NCBI GenBank assembly: GCA_014727915.1
Contig: WJMO01000005.1
Span: forward strand, 64,001 to 128,000
Length of the DNA: 64,000 nt
Direction of reading: 5' to 3'
DNA from: Candidatus Altiarchaeales archaeon
GTDB lineage: Archaea; Altiarchaeota; Altiarchaeia; IMC4; SCGC-AAA252-I15
The position numbers were made by a program, and so were the translations under genes. Positions 61,290-64,000 of the stretch are shown one piece after another; positions within the stretch are counted from its first letter, which is position 1, and each line of letters opens with the position of its first letter. Below the pieces are notes generated by a model. The model saw only the letters and a program-made list of their open reading frames with translations. It ran no database searches and was not told where the DNA came from.

Positions 61290-62869
61290 AGAGGTTGTTG
61301 AACAATTGGAGGGTCGTATTGCTTGCGGTCTGCCTAGTGTTCTCAATGTCCCTGCTAGTAAACCTGTTCGGCTTCAACGAGGACAAGGGCATAGGCCTCG
61401 GCAACGGCTTGAGGTATGGCCTTGACTTCGCGGGTGGCACTCAGATGCAGCTGAAGCTGGATAGCGAGGTGTCTCCTGACGTGATGGCCGTTGAGAAGAC
61501 CATACTCGAGAGTAGGTTGAACAGCCTCGGACTGAAGGACATCCCTGTGAGGCCTTGGGGCAGCCAGTACATACTCATACAGGTCGCTGACGCAACGCCG
61601 GAGGAGACCGGCAACATAGAGAACATAATCAAGCAGCAGGCTAAGTTCGAGGAGCGCATAGACGGTGAGCTGGTGATACACGGCGACGAGTTGAGCGTAG
61701 ACCTAGGTCCGCAGGGCACTGAGCTTTACAAGTCTCAGAGCGGATACTCCTGGGCGGTGATGGTCAGCCACAGCAAGGAAGGGGCGTGCAGGTTCGGTAG
61801 CGTGGGCGAGGGCAAGCGCGGAAGGCCGGTGGACCAGTTCATAGACCGTCCTGAGAACACGACAATACTCATGTCTGAAGGGGACTACAACATACTCAGC
61901 AACCTCACAGACCTCAGCGAGTCGGACAGGTTCTACTTCGGAGGCACCGCATTGGACGTCATAGAGAACCGCTCCCTCATACCCGTGGTTTCTCTCTCCT
62001 CCTCCACGCAGGCGATCGATGAGCTGGTCAGGCTGAAGTCAAACGGCTTCTACAAGGTCCTGCTCGCGGGAGAGGATGATAGGATACCCGACACATTGAG
62101 GAACCAGATCGAGGAGGAGGGAATGTCCACGGATAGGAACTCTAAGGGCAACCGCTCCTACATTGAGTGGATATCCGACATGGTGGGTTTGGAGAACTCT
62201 CCCAGCCTGGCGTTCGACACCCGGGGCGAATGCACCTACAAGGCCAAGATAACGGGTTCAGCAGCAACCCTGGAGGATGCGAGGTATGAGATACAAAGGA
62301 ACCAGGTCCTGCTGACATCAGGCAACCTGCCTGTTGAGATATCCATAGAATCCAAGTCCACCACCCCCCCTACCTTGGGTCGGAGGTTCCTCAGCTACAG
62401 CTTCTACACTGGGCTTGTGGCCATAGCGGTCGTGGGTTTGATAATCTTCCTGCGTTACAGGCGTGTGGAGATAGTGCTGCCAGTGATGCTTACAGGCGTT
62501 AGCGAGGTGATAATAATACTCGGCCTAGCTTCCCTGATACGGTGGGAGCTGGACCTTCCAGCGGTTGCGGGGATAATTGCTGCCGTGGGCACGGGCGTTG
62601 ACCATCAGATCGTCATCACCGACGAGACCTTGAAGCGGTCTGGTAAGAAGAAGGCTGTCAGCGTCGCCGAGAGGATCAGGCGGGCGATGTTCATCATATT
62701 CACAGCGGCTTTCACCACGATCGCGGCTATGTTCCCCCTTATGAGCATCGGCGCTGGAATGCTTAAGGGTTTCGCTTTCACCACGATAATGGGTGTCATG
62801 GTCGGGGTGTTCATAGCTAGGCCCGCGTATGCGAAGATAATACAGGAGATACTCAAGAAATCAGAGTAA
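61286..62869 (+). CDS. secD: Protein translocase subunit SecD
   Basis: GLDFAGG, SGNLP, PTLG, AGIIAAVGTGVD, GFAFTT. Confidence 0.93.
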   Translation: MKRLLNNWRVVLLAVCLVFSMSLLVNLFGFNEDKGIGLGNGLRYGLDFAGGTQMQLKLDSEVSPDVMAVEKTILESRLNSLGLKDIPVRPWGSQYILIQVADATPEETGNIENIIKQQAKFEERIDGELVIHGDELSVDLGPQGTELYKSQSGYSWAVMVSHSKEGACRFGSVGEGKRGRPVDQFIDRPENTTILMSEGDYNILSNLTDLSESDRFYFGGTALDVIENRSLIPVVSLSSSTQAIDELVRLKSNGFYKVLLAGEDDRIPDTLRNQIEEEGMSTDRNSKGNRSYIEWISDMVGLENSPSLAFDTRGECTYKAKITGSAATLEDARYEIQRNQVLLTSGNLPVEISIESKSTTPPTLGRRFLSYSFYTGLVAIAVVGLIIFLRYRRVEIVLPVMLTGVSEVIIILGLASLIRWELDLPAVAGIIAAVGTGVDHQIVITDETLKRSGKKKAVSVAERIRRAMFIIFTAAFTTIAAMFPLMSIGAGMLKGFAFTTIMGVMVGVFIARPAYAKIIQEILKKSE

Positions 62870-62889
62870 AACTAAGTCGGTGATCTATA

Positions 62890-63462
62890 ATGGAGAAGAC
62901 GTTGGAGAACCTGACCAAGGCTTTCATAGGCGAGAGCATGGCGCGGAACAGGTACACCTTCTACGCTAAGACAGCCAAGAAAGAAGGTTACGAGCAGATA
63001 TCAGCGGTCTTCCTGGAGACTGCGGAACAGGAGAGGGAGCATGCGAAATGGCTTTTCAGGCTCATAAACGACCTTAAGAAGGATGATGAGCCGATCGTGG
63101 TCGAAGCTGAGGCCCCCACAGTGCTTGGCACGACGACGGATAACCTGAAGGCGGCAATATCTGGGGAGAACTACGAGTACACGAGCATGTACCCGGAGTT
63201 CGCCAAGGTCGCCGAAGAGGAGGGTTTGGCTGAAATAGCTGACAGGCTAAAGGCCATCGCCAGGGCTGAGTCACACCACGAGGAGAGATACAAGAAGCTG
63301 CTCGAAGAGGTCGAAGGCGGTTCAGTCCACAAGAAGAAGGACAAGGTCGAGTGGATGTGCAGGAAATGCGGCTACGTCCACGAAGGCACTGAACCACCTG
63401 AGAAATGCCCTTCATGCGGCCATCCTCCGGCTTACTTTCAGGTGAAGTGCGAGACCTACTAG
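62890..63462 (+). CDS. rbr: Rubrerythrin
   Basis: [31 protein letters not shown]...CPSC. Confidence 0.95.
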   Translation: MEKTLENLTKAFIGESMARNRYTFYAKTAKKEGYEQISAVFLETAEQEREHAKWLFRLINDLKKDDEPIVVEAEAPTVLGTTTDNLKAAISGENYEYTSMYPEFAKVAEEEGLAEIADRLKAIARAESHHEERYKKLLEEVEGGSVHKKKDKVEWMCRKCGYVHEGTEPPEKCPSCGHPPAYFQVKCETY

Positions 63463-63551
63463 GCAATATCGCACTACGCCATCCTACACCCCCGTTTTCT
63501 CTATTTTTTTTCGATTATTATTTCCCCACTACTATTATTCTACCGGCTGAC

Positions 63552-63866
63552 ATGGACGAGTTGGATAGGATAAAAAAGATAGAGTCTGATCTAAAGGCCG
63601 GTTTGGAGAAGGCCCGGGAGGATGCGGACAGGAGGATCGAGGAAGCCCGGGCATCCCGTAAGGGCATATTGGACTCGGCCGCCCGGAAGGCCGAAGAAGA
63701 GGTGGAGGCTATGATATCCGAATCAGCCTCCAAGGCAGGGGAAGAGTCTAAGAGGATACTCTCAGAAGCCGATGATGAGATTCTCCAGGTCAGGTCCCGG
63801 ATGCATGCCAACTCCGCCAAGGCCGTTGAATACGTCGTCGGATACCTGGTGGGTGAAGATGCTTAA
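63552..63866 (+). CDS. atpH: A/V-type ATP synthase subunit H (peripheral stalk)
   Basis: Charged coiled-coil of about 104 aa directly before subunit I. Confidence 0.7.
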   Translation: MDELDRIKKIESDLKAGLEKAREDADRRIEEARASRKGILDSAARKAEEEVEAMISESASKAGEESKRILSEADDEILQVRSRMHANSAKAVEYVVGYLVGEDA

Positions 63867-64000
63867 ACCGGTTCGGATGTGTAGGGTTGATTGCCTGGTA
63901 GCTCAGGGCAGGAAGGGCGCGGTCTTAGACCGGCTCCACAGGGAGGGCCTTACCCAGGTCGACACCATCGCCGAGGCCGAACTGGAGGAGACTGGCATGG
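63859..64000 (+). CDS. atpI: A/V-type ATP synthase subunit I, N-terminal fragment
   Basis: Manual translation MLKPVRMCRV...VLDRLHREGLTQV; GGTGA RBS; runs off the window. Confidence 0.8.
   Translation, partial: MLKPVRMCRVDCLVAQGRKGAVLDRLHREGLTQVDTIAEAELEETGM

Overview
GC-rich archaeal chromosomal window (split RpoB''/RpoB' and RpoA'/RpoA'', L30e/L32e/L19e, aIF-2alpha-Nop10-PAC2, TopoVI, class I CCA enzyme, A-type ATPase; lineage not determinable with certainty, Altiarchaeota-like is only a guess). It holds: (1) the end of the aIF-2alpha-nop10-PAC2 operon; (2) a DUF134/NifX-like/CMD/MinD-4Fe-4S ATPase operon with a membrane thioredoxin, preceded by a perfect 18-bp palindrome; (3) a DtxR-FeoA regulator plus feoB with a DtxR-type operator; (4) the RNA polymerase operon, interrupted after nusA by two convergent orphan genes, then rps12 joined directly to the rps8-secY block; (5) a ~16 kb surface-protein island with a GT-C glycosyltransferase, a Cys-rich papain-family protease, a DUF333 membrane protein and a ~2390-aa Cys-rich modular repeat protein, which is the most unusual part of the window; (6) housekeeping genes (cca, amrS, KH protein, top6BA, coaB, metVF, gamma-CA, coaD, secFD, rubrerythrin, start of the ATP synthase operon). 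No tRNA, rRNA, CRISPR array or transposase was recognised. All family calls are by motif recognition, not database search.
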